Of a DNA stretch of 64,000 bases, positions 1 through 14,467 are shown piece by piece. A program made the position numbers and the translations under genes. How positions within the stretch are numbered: the stretch's first letter is position 1; every line of letters begins with the position of its first letter. The stretch is from contig CM000150.2 in NCBI GenBank assembly GCA_000004695.1, positions 3,520,001 to 3,584,000 of the forward strand. Reading direction: 5' to 3'. The DNA comes from Dictyostelium discoideum (lineage: Eukaryota). The notes under the pieces were generated by a model. It was not told where the DNA came from. It saw only the letters and a program-made list of their open reading frames with translations, and did not search any database.

Positions 1-579
1 CGGTTATTACTATTTATTATTATTGTGATTATTATTTTTATTATTATTTTTATTATTATGGGATGTTTTCAATCAAAATTTAATGGCCTGTCTATTACCA
101 GAAGGTGTTCAAGTTTTTTATTTTTGTGATAATAAACAAGAATACAGGAACCCAATAAAGACTGTATTTTTATAAGATAGATTCATTCAAATTAAAAAAA
201 AAACAGGGTGCACTATTACTAAAAAAAAAAAAAAAAAAACAAAAATAAAAAATAAAGGTGAAAAGATTTTTTTTTTATCGTTTGTAGATTTGTATTTTAA
301 ATTTTTTTTTATTTTTTTTCTTGATTTGGTTTGGTTGGTGGGTTTTGAGATAACAATAAATTAATAGGTTTAAAAGTTGAATTTTATTTTAGGATGTGAA
401 AAAAAATTTTCAAAATAATTATTATAATAATTCCTCACTCCTGATTTTTGGTTGGAAAGTTGATTTTTTTTTTTTTGGGTTATAATTCTTTGTTGATTTT
501 TAATATTTTTTATTTAATGATTTAAATAAAATAAAATCCATTTATTAAGAAATGCGAAATAGAAAAAAAATAAAAATAA

Positions 580-613
<34 letters not shown>

Positions 614-869
614 AATTGATAATTAAAAATAAAAAAATAAAAATTAAGTAATGAAAAATTAAATAATATAATTTAAATTTAATTAAAAAAGAAATTTTGT
701 TTTTTTTTTTTGATGAAAGAATGATTCTTCACCTTCTTTGATCCTTTTAATCAAACTTAAAGTTTTAATAAAAAAAAATTAAAAAAATGAAATTCATTAA
801 TTTTCTTTTAGTGTTTTTTAATTTTTTAATTTTTTGTTTTTTTTTTTTTTTTTTTTTAAAACTTTAAGT

Positions 870-904
<35 letters not shown>

Positions 905-959
905 CTTTTTCTCACCATTGTCAGTAAGATCTTAGATTTCTATATATATACATTTAACA

Positions 960-2817
960 ATGATCAAAGCATTAGCAGCAGTTAAAAAACAAATTGAAGA
1001 AATAAATGAATGTAAGTTTTTATTTTTTATATTTTATTTTTTATTTTTTATTTTTTTTTTTCTTTATTAGTATCATCAAGTGACACTAATAATAAATTTT
1101 ATTATTTTTTTTTTAATTTTTTAATTTTTTTAATTTTTTTTATTTATTTTCTAAAATTAAAAAAGATGAAAAAAGAATTGGACCAGATTGTAATTTATCA
1201 CAATTCCAAGTAACATTAGAGAATTTTAATAAATTAAGACAAGCACAAAATGCAGTTATATTAGCTAAACAAAGTAAAGCAAATAGTGGTAAGATAGTTG
1301 AACCAACCGAAGCACAATTGGTAGCCAATTTCATTGAATGGTTAAAGGGTAAAGGATTTGATGAAAGTAAATGTAAAGTAAAGATTGATAGAAACACATC
1401 AGAGGGTACTGGTTTAGTTGCAACTCAAGACATTAAAGAGGGAGAGGATTTTGTAGAGATACCAAGCAACCTTTTCATTACGACTGCAGTAGCATTCCAG
1501 GGATTGGGAAAACCACCAATTTTAGAGAATGACCGTTTAATTCAATCGATTCCAGGTATTTTATTATCAATTTTTTTAGTTAAGGAATTGTCCAACCCAA
1601 CCTCTGAATGGGGACCATATATAAAACTATTACCAAAACAATACAACACCGTCTATTATTGGGGTCTCAAGGAGTTTACCCAATTCAGAGGCTCACCAAA
1701 TTTAGAGTATGCCATGAGATATGTTCGTGGTGCCATGCGTCAATATTGTTATCTCTACTCAATGATTGATCGTACTCAAAGTAATATTATGCCAATTTCA
1801 TCATTTACATGGGATGCCTTTGTTTGGGCCATTTCAACCGTTCAATCACGTCAAAATCCAGTCTATGCAGGTAATGGTAATGGTAGTATTATGGCTTTGA
1901 TTCCATTTTGGGATTTCTGTAATCACTCAAGCACCGGTAGCAAAATCACCTCATTCTATCACATGGATTCCAATTGTATGACCAGTGGCGCCATAAAGGA
2001 TTTTAAAAAGGGTGAGCAAGTTTACATGTTCTATGGACCACGTGATAACACTCAATTGTTAATGCATGCTGGTTTCGCAACTAAAACCAATCTCCATGAT
2101 TCTTATCCATTCGAATTACATTTGTTAGAAGGTAATCATGAAATTCGTCATGATAAAGTTCATCTCCTCGAAGAACGTGGTATTAGAGATGGTGTCGTTG
2201 TAAACTTAAATCAAAATCCAACCTCAAATGAACTCCCACTCGAATTGATTCCATTCTATCGTATCTATGCCCTCAGTGAACAAGAAACTCGTGCAATCGC
2301 ACCACCACAAGTACCTGGTGAACATAATCATCATCATGGCCATCAACTCGAACTTAAACCATTGGCTTTCAAAATTATCACTCAAGAGAATGAAGAGAAA
2401 GCTTATTCAAATTTGGTTCAAGCACTCAAAGGTAAACTTGCTTCTTATCCAACCACTTTAGAAGAGGATGAACAAGAATTGAAAAAGAATCCACCTGCAA
2501 ATCAAAGATTCATTTTATACACTAAAATCAATGAAAAGAAAATTTTAGATAGAAATATCAAATATCTTGAATCTTTAATTAAAAAAGGTGTTATGAATGT
2601 TACCTTCAAATTACCAGAATTAGTTGAACATACTGAACATGCTAATCATGATCATGAACATGGTGATAATTGTAATCATGAAGATCATGGTAGTCATGGT
2701 CATTCTCATGGTGGTGATGATAGTCATGGTCACTCTCATGGTGGTAATGATAATCATAATCATTCACATGGTGGTCATGGTCATTCACATCAACATGGTG
2801 CAAATTGTAACCATTAA
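960..2817 (+). CDS. SET-domain protein, SETD3-like (actin-histidine N-methyltransferase family) with His-rich C-terminal tail; 2 exons 960..1011 and 1166..2817
   Basis: ATG at 960, donor GTAAGT at 1012, acceptor AG at 1164-1165, with phase 1 conserved across the junction. The protein aligns from memory with SETD3: GTGLVATQDIKEGEDFVEIP, LIPFWDFCNHS, GEQVYMFYGPRDNTQLLMHAGF. It ends in HGHSHGG/HNHSHGG repeats before the stop at 2815-2817. Confidence 0.8.
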
Positions 2818-3264
2818 ATAAACAATCAAAAAAAAGTTAAAGAAAAGGAAAAAAAAAAAAAAAATATTAGAATACAATACAAATAATATATGTTTAGAAT
2901 TATCAAATGTAAAGGATCGAATAAATTCTATTTAAATAATTAAAAACTTTTCAAATTAATCAAATTATTGTGAAAATATCAAACTAATTTTCAAGATAAT
3001 TAATTTCTTTTTTTTTTTTTTTTATTCAAAAATTTTCTTTTTTATAATTTTTTTTTTTTTTCTTTTTTTTTTTTTTTTATGTTTATTAATATGCTAATTA
3101 AAAATAAATAGTACTATTATTTTTTTTATTGTTATTAATGTTATTATTTTATTATTATTATTATTATTAATTCCTTTGATGGTTTTTTTTTTTTTTTTTT
3201 TTTTTTTTCTTCTTTTTTTTTTTCTTCTTTTTTTTTTTTTTTTTATGCACCTATATGTATTATT

Positions 3265-3694
3265 TTATAAAGTATATCCTCTACTTTGAAGAAATTTTGT
3301 TGCTTCATCAACTAAATCAACATCCATTTTATCAATTGTTTGAATATAAGATTTAGCTTCGTCGACTTCATTATCTTTGAAACCAAATAGTTTCAAAGTA
3401 TTTACAACTTCAATGATTAATTCATCTTTTCTTGAACGGAAATCTCCAGAGAGGAAAATGGATTCACCTTCTTTTGACATAATTCTATCCCAAATGATAT
3501 TGTTTTCTCTTTCATAACCTACATCTGATACTAAAATATGTAAATATCCATCATGTTTGGTCATGGTAGCAAAGTGATTGTTTCTAAAAAATACACATAG
3601 TTCATCTTCTTTTAAGTGTTCTTGGATTAATGACAAACCATAATCTGTTAATTGATTACTATTTGCGAAATCATTAACTTTTTATTTATTTATT

Positions 3695-3732
<38 letters not shown>

Positions 3733-4099
3733 ATAAAATAAAAGTGTTAGAATTAGTACTCTATTTTTTTATTATTAAATATTATTAATGAAACTATACT
3801 TTTTTGTTGTAACTCTGGTTTTGCATTTGGAAAACTTTGATCGAAAGTAACAATCTTTGGAACTAAATCGTTATAATTTAAGTGGCCAATAAGTTGCTTG
3901 ACCTCTTTTTGATTTGGATCTACAATCCAACCATGAACCAATTTAATATTTAAATAATCAAAAATTTGGCATGGTTCAGTCTTTTCAAATCCTTGAATAC
4001 TGTCAAAGTATATATTTACAATTAAACCCTTCTCTAAACTTGGTAAAACATTTTTATTATAATCTTCTAATATTTCTAATACATCTTGATTCTAAGGAA

Positions 4100-4152
<53 letters not shown>

Positions 4153-4185
4153 AAAAAAAAGTTAATATTTAAAGTTTAGTGATAA

Positions 4186-4224
<39 letters not shown>

Positions 4225-4869
4225 ATATACATACTTCTTTATAAAGGCTTTTAGCATGTTTCATAATTAAATCACCAAGTTTTTTAATTGTAACAAATTG
4301 AATATCAGGATCTAAATAAATTTTTTGAGAGAGTAATAAAACATTTGCAATTGAAATCAATGGACATGGTCCATTCTCATTTTGAAGGATAATTGAAACT
4401 TCTTTCTTAAGGTAAGTGATTCTCTTTACTCTATATCTATTTTCAGTTGGTCCAATTGGTTCGTCATCGATAAGTTGAACACTTAATTTAAATACCAATG
4501 ACTCGTAATCTTTGCCATTATCCCAATATGATGCACCTTCGTCACCTTCTATATGGAACCATAAATTATTTTCATAAACTCCAATCACTTTTTATTATTT
4601 TAATTATTTTAATTAAAAAAATAAAAAAATAAAAAAATAAAAAAATTAAAAGAAAAAAAAAAAAAAAAAAAAATGAAGTTAGTAATGACATAACATTTTT
4701 TAATAAACATTAACACTATAATAAAATTGATGTAATTACCTGTTCCAGCACCTTTTGGTGTCATTACTCTTGATCCTGCAAAAAAACCATACCTTTCACA
4801 TGAGGGTCTTGAAACATCAAAATCGATCAATTTTCCATCTTTTGATTTATATTGAAAAGTATCTGCCAT
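3265..4869 (-). CDS. MINDY (FAM63/DUF544) K48-type deubiquitinase; 4 exons complement(4740..4869, 4235..4587, 3800..4091, 3265..3677)
   Basis: Four minus-strand ORF-track segments join with GT...AG introns and consistent phases. The catalytic motif QNENGPCPLISIANVLLL matches the MINDY-1 cysteine motif. Confidence 0.75.
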
Positions 4870-4946
4870 AATTTAATATATCTGTTTATTATTGTATTAA
4901 AAAGTTGTTGTTGTGTAGTGGTGGGGATGAGACAGGGGTTGTGTGG

Positions 4947-4979
<33 letters not shown>

Positions 4980-5132
4980 AAAAAAAAAAAAAAAAAAAAA
5001 ATAATAAATTTTTTAAAATAACAAATAAAAAAATAAAAAAAGTTGAATGAGTTTTCTCTAAATTTAAATTTGGTGATATATAAAGGGAATATTATTATTA
5101 TTAATCTTTATATTTTTGAGTATCCAATTTTG

Positions 5133-5179
<47 letters not shown>

Positions 5180-5817
5180 AAAAAATTAAAAAATTAAAAA
5201 ATTAAAAAAAAAAGTTTTTTTAAATTAAAAATTTAAAAAAAAAAATAAAATAAAAAAAAATTAAAAAAAAATTTTTGTCAACAAATTGAAACTATAATTT
5301 TAATAAAAAAAAAAAAAAAAATTGATATGGGTTATTAAAATCCAATTTTTAAAATTGATCCTGTTTGAGGAATAATTAAAAAATTGGAAGTTCACCAAAT
5401 TAATATGTCACAAATAGAAAAAATAAAAAATTAATAAAAAAAAAAAAATAAAATAAAAATAAAAATAAAAAAAATGGAAAAAAAAAAAAAAAAAATTTAA
5501 AATTTTTTTTTATTTTTTTTTTTTTTTTTTTTAATATTTTTGTCAACTTCATCAAAAAATTTTTTAAATTAAATTTTTTTTTTTTTTATTTTTTATTTTT
5601 TATTTTTTTTTTTTTTTCATAAAATATTTGTAGTTAATTAAATAACATATATAAATTTATTAAACTTAGATTAATTAGGTGTAATAGTTTATAATAGTAA
5701 CAATATATAAAAAATCACACTTGTAAATAATAATAATAAATAAATCAATCAATCAATCAATCAATCAAAAAACACTTTTAATATTTAAAAGTAGCACATA
5801 TATATATATACTCAAAA

Positions 5818-6079
5818 ATGTCGATTATGGCTTATAATGGTGGTGCTTGCATCGTAATGGTTGGAAAGAATTGTGTTGCAATTGCATCAGATTTAAGATT
5901 TGGTATTCAACAACAAACTATTTCAAATGATTTCCCAAAAGTTTATAGAATTAATGATAAATGTTTTGTTGGTATTTCTGGTTTAGTCACTGATGCACAA
6001 ACTTTGTATGTATTCAATAAATAATAAATAATAATAATAATAATAATAATAATAGTTTATTAAATGAATAAAATAACTA

Positions 6080-6124
<45 letters not shown>

Positions 6125-6839
6125 TATAATAATTATAATTATTATTATTTATTTTTTTATATATAGATATCAAAAACTTGTATTTAGACATAACTTATAT
6201 AAACTTAGAGAAGAGAGAGATATGTCACCAAGAGTTGTTTCAAATTTACTCACAAATATGTTATATGAAAAAAGATTTGGACCATACTTTACTGAACCTT
6301 TAATTTGTGGTTTGGAAGGTCCAGATAATACACCTTTCATTAGTGGTATGGATCTCATTGGTGCTAGCGTTGCAACTGATGATTTTTTAGTTGTTGGTAC
6401 TATGACTCCTGCAATGTATGGTGTTTGTGAAACTTTATACAAAAAAGATATGGTATGTTATTTTTTTATTTTTTTATTTTATTCTCAAAAATAAAATTCA
6501 ATAATGTATCGCGCGAGATTAAACTAACAATCATCATTTTTTTTATTTTATTTTTTTTATTTTTAGAATGAAGATGATCTTTTTGAAACTATTTCACAAT
6601 GTATGTTAGCAAGTTTAGATAGAGATGCTCTTTCTGGTTGGGGTGCCATTGTTCATGTAATGTAAAGTATTTTAGTTTATTAAATTATATTTTGTTTATT
6701 CTTATGTTGCCATTGCTTAAACCAATATTAATTATTTTTATTTTTTTATTTATTCTATTTTATAAAAAAAAAAAAAAAAAAAAAAAAAAGTACTCCAACT
6801 CAAGTTATCACAAAGAAATTATTAGGTCGTCAAGATTAA
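5818..6839 (+). CDS. psmB3: proteasome subunit beta type-3 (PSMB3); 4 exons 5818..6005, 6167..6452, 6567..6661, 6791..6839
   Basis: [34 protein letters not shown]...[13 protein letters not shown]...[28 protein letters not shown] matches PSMB3 almost residue for residue. Phases are consistent across the three introns. The third donor is GTAAAG, which is non-canonical. Confidence 0.85.
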
Positions 6840-7141
6840 ACAAAACAAATACTAAAAATAAAAATAAAAAGAATAAAAAAAAAATTAAAAAATAAAAAAA
6901 AAAAATAAAAAAAAAAAATTTATTTTTAAAATACAAAAAAAAAAAAAAAAAAAAAAAAAACAAAACAAAAAAGAAATGATTGAGTCTACAAACACATACA
7001 CCCTTTGAAATAATTTTTCATACTTTTTTTTTGTAATTTTATTTTATTTTATTTTATTTTTTTTTCTATTGATTTTTCAACACACCAAATTTTTTTTTTT
7101 TTTTTTTTATTACACACAATAAACAAGCTTAACAAATAAAA

Positions 7142-8263
<1,122 letters not shown>

Positions 8264-8358
8264 AAATAAAAAAAAATAAATAAAAAAAATAAAAAAAATA
8301 AAAAATTAAAAGTAATTTATTTAATTATTGTTTATAATAATGATTAATTAAAATATTA

Positions 8359-9764
8359 TTATTTTTTTAATTTGAATGTGATTTTAGGTTTATCGTTTCT
8401 ATTACCACTGCTATTCGGATTTGTGCTAGTTGTTGTATTATTATTGTTATTATTGTCGTTGCTACTATTTTGTTTTAAAACTTTATTTACAGATGTGGTT
8501 GTTGTTGTTGTTGTTGTTGATGATGTGTGATCAACAGTTGAATTTTGTTTCATTGTATCATATAATTCTTTAAATATTGTTGGATTCTTTTCTTCCAAAG
8601 CTATCATTTTCTGTTCAATTAATTTAACACGTTGGTAGATGTCAATGGGTACGGGTGGTACAACCAATTTTAAATGATTCTCTAATATTGATAATCTATC
8701 ATCAATGAAGGGCTGCTGAATGGTAGATGATGAAATATTATCCAATGGGCCCGTTAAATTATAGGTTTTGGTTATTTTCATTTTAGATGGTGGGACAGCT
8801 GAACATCTTGATGTGTTATTATTATTATTTGCATCACTACTGCCACTGCTATTATTATTACTACCAGCAGCATTAACACCATTACTACTATTTTCAGAAT
8901 CATCAATAAATTCAACGATATTGTATTTACCATTTTCTAACTTCTTTGAGGTGGTAAATGTTTTAACACGTTTTTCAATATCTTCTTTTGGTGCTGTAAC
9001 TTGAACTATCTCGCTATGTATTGTAGGTATATCGAATTTAGGTTCCTCTAATACCTTTTTAAACCTTTTTATTCTATATGCATCTTTATTATTTTTATTA
9101 TTTACAATACTATCTTTTGAATTAATTTTATGATATAGCGACTTTTTTTTTTTTTTAAAAAAAAAATTAAGTATTAATAATATAATTATTTATTTGGATT
9201 ATTTATTTATTTAACTATTTTACATACAACTGTTTCTGATAAAAATGTTTGTGTATTTTTTACATATTCATTATCAATATTTAAAGTTTGATTTATTGAT
9301 ATGGTTTTATTATTACTATTGTTTTTGCTTTCTTTATTATTTTTATCATCAATTTGATTTGAAATAATTAAATTTATGTCTTCATTTAAAAGTTGAATTA
9401 ATTCTTTATTTACATTTATCTAAAAAAAATTGAGAAATGGAATAAAAAATTAAAATAAAAATTTAAAAAAAAAAAAATGAAAAAAAAAAAATTAAAATTA
9501 ATTTTTAGTTTTTGTGAAATTTCTAAAATCGGAAAAAAAAAAAATAAAATAAAAAAATGAAATAAAAAAAAAAAAACTTACTCTATTTAGATATTTAATT
9601 AATGAATCTTTTTGTGATAATAATAGTGATAGTTTAATTTCTTTATTTAATTGAACTTCTGTAAGAAATGCTTCGCTATTTTTGGGTGCAATAGGTGGGT
9701 CAACTATATCAATATCAACATCTATATCATCTTCATCTTCAAAATATTCATCATCACTTCCCAT
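8359..9764 (-). CDS. hypothetical protein, acidic N-terminus and S/T/N-rich C-terminus; 3 exons complement(9582..9764, 9228..9419, 8359..9141)
   Basis: Donor GTAAGT and acceptor TTTTTTTTAG, phase 0, with an open frame across the joins. Contains RLSILENHLKLVVPPVPIDIYQRVKLIEQKMIALEE. No confident family assignment. Confidence 0.5.
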
Positions 9765-10129
9765 TATTTTATTATTATTTAAATGTAGAAACCTTTTTTT
9801 AATTTTTTGTGTGTTGAAATAAAATGAAAAATGAAAAAATAAAAAAAATAAAAAAAAAATAAAAAAATTAAAAAAAATAAAAAATAAAAAAAATAAAAAA
9901 TAAAAATAAAAAATATAAATATTATTAAATATTTTAATAATAAAAGAGTCTGAAAATATCTTATTTTTATTTTTTATTTTTATTATTATTATTTATTTTT
10001 TTATTACTATAATTATAAAAAAAAAAAAAAAAATTTCTTTTTATTTTTCTCTTTTCTTAACACTTTTGAACCTGACCATTTTTATTTTTAATTTTTTTTT
10101 TTTTTTTTTTTTTTTCAATTTTTTTTTTT

Positions 10130-10169
<40 letters not shown>

Positions 10170-10458
10170 AATTTTTCAAAATTTTATAGATTTTTTTTTT
10201 TATTTAAAAAAATAACAACAAAACTTAACTAATACTCTTTTTTTTTTTGGGTTTGTTTTGTATTCGTGTTTTTTTAAACCCTTTTTTTCCTTTTTGTTTT
10301 TTTTTTTTTATATTATATATATATATATTATTTATATATTCCAAATTTCGGATTGCGTTAATTATTCTAAAATAACAGCCAATCCTCATCTTCTCAAATC
10401 TATCATTTTAGATCTAACTCCCAACATACAATTTTAAAAAAAACATTAAACAATCAAA

Positions 10459-10907
10459 ATGCAATCACTCCAACAACAACAACAACAACAATTCAATCAA
10501 CTCGGTGGTTTCACTGTTTTCGTTGGCCATATTCCATCTTCAATGAATGAAGAAGGTGTCTCTCAAATCTTTAATAAATTTGGTAATATCCTCGATATTA
10601 CTATAATTAAAGATAAAAGAACAAATGTCTCAAAAGGTAATTATACACAACATCACATCATTTTTTAAAAAAAAACATTCCTTTAAAAAAAAAAAAAAAA
10701 AAAAAACATTCCTTAAAAAAAAAAAAAAAAAAAAAAACACCACACCACACAAACCATATTATTACTTTTCCAAATTTAAAAGGGGGGTTTATTTTCATAT
10801 TATGAAATTTTATCTCTAACAATATATTTTTTATTATTATTATTTTTATTTTTTTTTTACTAATAATTCAAATTAATTTGTATGTTCACGTAATTTCTTC
10901 CTTTTTT

Positions 10908-10956
<49 letters not shown>

Positions 10957-11772
10957 ATAACAGGTTGCGCTTTTATTACATTCTCAACTAAAGAAGAAGC
11001 TGATAATGCATTAAATACCACAAACGAAAGTGGAACTTTCCTCGAAAATGTAAGTTTATACTTTTTTTTTTTTTTTTTTTTTTTTAATTTTTTTTTTAAA
11101 AAACTAAATTAAATTTATACTTATAAAAAATGTTTATTATTATCTTTTATTTATTTATTTTTTAGATGAATAAACCATTACAAGTTAAATATTCAGATAA
11201 TGAAATTGAAAAGATGGAAAGAAAATTATTCATTGGTATGTTAGGTACCTCCGATGAAGATCAAATTCGTATTTTGTTTGGAAACTATGGTATTATTGAA
11301 GATTTGAACATTGTTAGAGAAAAGGATGGTAAACCAAAGGGTTATGGTTTCATTAAATACTCAACCAGAGATGAATCTGAAAATGCCTTAAGAGAAATCG
11401 ATGGTAAACATACTCTTCCAGGTTCAAATCTTCCAATCATCGTTAAATTCGCCGATACTGAAAGACAAAAGAGAAAGAAGTTACTCGGTAATCAACAACC
11501 ACCACAAAACCCTTTCAATTTCTATCAACAAAATCAACAACAACAACAACAACAGCAACAACAACAACAACAACAAAATCAATACCAACCATTCTTCTAT
11601 GGTCAAAACTCTCAAATGTCACAAGCTATGGGTAATAATGGTTATCGTGGTTATCAACAACAACCAAATGTTAATTTTGGTATGATGCAAGGTAACCAAG
11701 CTTTTGATTGTATGTAATTTAAATATTTTATTTATTTTTATAATATTTTTTATTTTATTTAATTAATTAATG

Positions 11773-11803
<31 letters not shown>

Positions 11804-12109
11804 AATTTAGATAATCAACAACAACAACAACAGCAACAACAACAACAACCAAACGAATCAAATGATTTATTCATTTATTACCTCCCATTCACTTATGGTG
11901 ATGAAGAATTAAAACAACTTTTTGCTCCATATGGTAATGTAATAAGCTCAAAAGTTTTCATTGATAAAAATACTCAACAATCTAAATGTTTTGGTTTTGT
12001 ATCTTATGATAACACTCAATCAGCCATTGCTGCAATTCAAGAATTAAATGGTCGTGCTATCGAAGGTAAAAAACTCAAGGTTAATTTCAAGAGAGAAAAA
12101 CAATTTTAA
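10459..12109 (+). CDS. CELF/Bruno-like RNA-binding protein with 3 RRMs and a Q-rich linker; 4 exons 10459..10636, 10964..11049, 11166..11709, 11811..12109
   Basis: RRM1 is [12 protein letters not shown]...[21 protein letters not shown]2 is [12 protein letters not shown]...[21 protein letters not shown]3 is [50 protein letters not shown]. Phases check out. A (CAA)n linker sits between RRM2 and RRM3. Confidence 0.75.
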
Positions 12110-12424
12110 GTTAAAATAATAATAATAAAAAAAATAAAAAAATAAAAAAAAAAATAATAAAATTACAAAAAAAAAAAAATAAAAAAAAAAAATAAAAAAA
12201 AAGAAATAATTTTTTTAAAACTAAACAAATACCAACAAATACATACACCATAAAATAATAATAAAAAAAAAAAAAAAATAAAAAAGAATTAAAAAAAAAA
12301 AAATCCTTTTTATATAATATAGTCTTAATGTATTATTAAATAACCAAATAAAAATAATAAAAATAAAAATGATAATAATAAAATAAAAAAATTAAATAAT
12401 TAAATAAATAATTTAATAAACTGG

Positions 12425-12457
<33 letters not shown>

Positions 12458-12827
12458 ATATTTTTCAAAAAGTGTGTGTGCAATTATGATTTTCCAGAAA
12501 AATTAAATCTAAAAATAATTTTGATTAGACAGTTTTTTCTAATAAAAAACAGTGTTTTGGTAAATATGTTGTATGAAATGTTTAATTATTATAATTAATT
12601 GTTTTTTTTATTTTTTTATTTATAATAATCAATTATTTGAAAATGGTCTCGTGGTGATGGTAGAAGTAGCAAAGTGTTTGATTTGAGATTTGTTGATTAA
12701 AAATGATCAGTTGGAGAGCTATATTGTCATTAGTTTATTTCAAATTTTTTTTTTTTTTTTTTTTTTCCTAAAAAAAATATACATTATTGTAAATTGTGCA
12801 TGTCCTATTTTATTTTTTTTTTTTTTT

Positions 12828-12858
<31 letters not shown>

Positions 12859-13171
12859 TTTTTTTTTTTTTTTTTTTTTGTAATATTTTAATTTGAAGAT
12901 TTCAATTTAATAGATTTCATTTAGATTTCTTTAATGTATTGTTTAATATTAATTAGTTTTTTTTTTTTTTTTTTTTTTTTGGACCTTTTTCAAATTAATT
13001 ATTTTTCAGACTCATAATCTAATCGGTTAGACTTTTTTTTTTTTTTTTTTCAAAATAATTATCATTTCTATTAATTCAAATAATTTTAAATTTAGGTTTT
13101 TAATAATTATTCAATTTTAATTATAATTTAATATTTAAAATTAATTTAAATTTAAATAAATTAAATTGTTT

Positions 13172-13231
<60 letters not shown>

Positions 13232-14467
13232 CAAACTGACAGTTTCCAAAAATAAAATCCTAACTGTAAAATTAGTAATATGAAAAGACGAAAAAAAAGG
13301 GAAGAGAATATATTCGAATGTCTGAGAATGAAAAAAAAATAAAAAAAAATAAAATAAATTAAAAATAAAATAAAATGAAAAAAAACTAACTTCTCTTTAG
13401 TTTAATATATATTGGAAATGTACACACACAATATTTTAAAGAGATTAGTTAAATTAAAAAAAAATATGAAAAACCATAGATTTTACTTTTTTGAAATTTG
13501 ATATGTAACTGCTTGCTTTGCTGTTTCAATTATCTTAATAATCTTTTATGTGCAGGGCATCTGAAAATTAATTTTAAAATAAAATTACTTTTACTAACAA
13601 TCAAAACATATCACAACAGTACTTTTTTTTAAAACGTTTTATTTAAACAATTTATTTTATTTTTATTTTTATTATTTTTATTATTTTTATTATTTTTTTT
13701 TTTTTTTTAAAAAATAAAAAAATAAAACTATAAAATAAAAAAAAAAAAAAAAAATATATTTTATTATTATTTCATTATTTTTATTATCTCTCTCTTTCTC
13801 TCTTTTTTATATTTTTTTTATTTTTATTAATTAATATTAACATTATAAAAACACACTTGTATATATATTATTTGTTTATTTAAAATTAATAATTAAATAA
13901 ATTATTTAAAAAAAAAAAAAAAAAAAAAGCTTTTTTGATTTTTTTTTTTTTTTTTTTTTTTTTCGTTGTGTTTTTTTGTGTTCAGTATCTAATTTTGTAA
14001 TATTTATTATTTTTCCAAAAACCCACACTTTCTACATGTTATAAAATTAGAATATATTGGTTAATCAATTGTAAAATTACTTTTAAAAACAATGGTTTTT
14101 ATTTTTTCATACTTTAATTATTTTTGTGTAAGTTTTTTTTTTTTTTTATATATTTTTTTAATTAAAAAAAAAAAAAATAAAAAAAAAAAATTAAAAGATC
14201 TAAAATAAAAATAATAAAATTAAAAATAAAATAAAAAAATAAAAAAAAATAAAAAATTAAAAATAAAATCTATTTTTAAAAATAAATTCTATTTTTAAAA
14301 ATAAATTCTATTTTTAAAATTAAAAAATAATTTAAAATATTAATCTAATATATATATATATATTTTTTTTTTTTAAAAAATTTTATTATTTTTTTTATTT
14401 TTTAATATAGATTAATTATAGGCTCTTTTTAAAAGAAAGAGATAACAAAAGAAGATATTATTTTAGA

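Noticed and set aside
12690-12896. 68-aa ORF rich in F/I/L; similar ORFs at 14514..14738, 24485..24685, 25660..25986, 39195..39488 and 40822..41046
   Set aside because: They are translations of poly(T)/(TTTA)n intergenic DNA. They lack codon diversity and have no start context.
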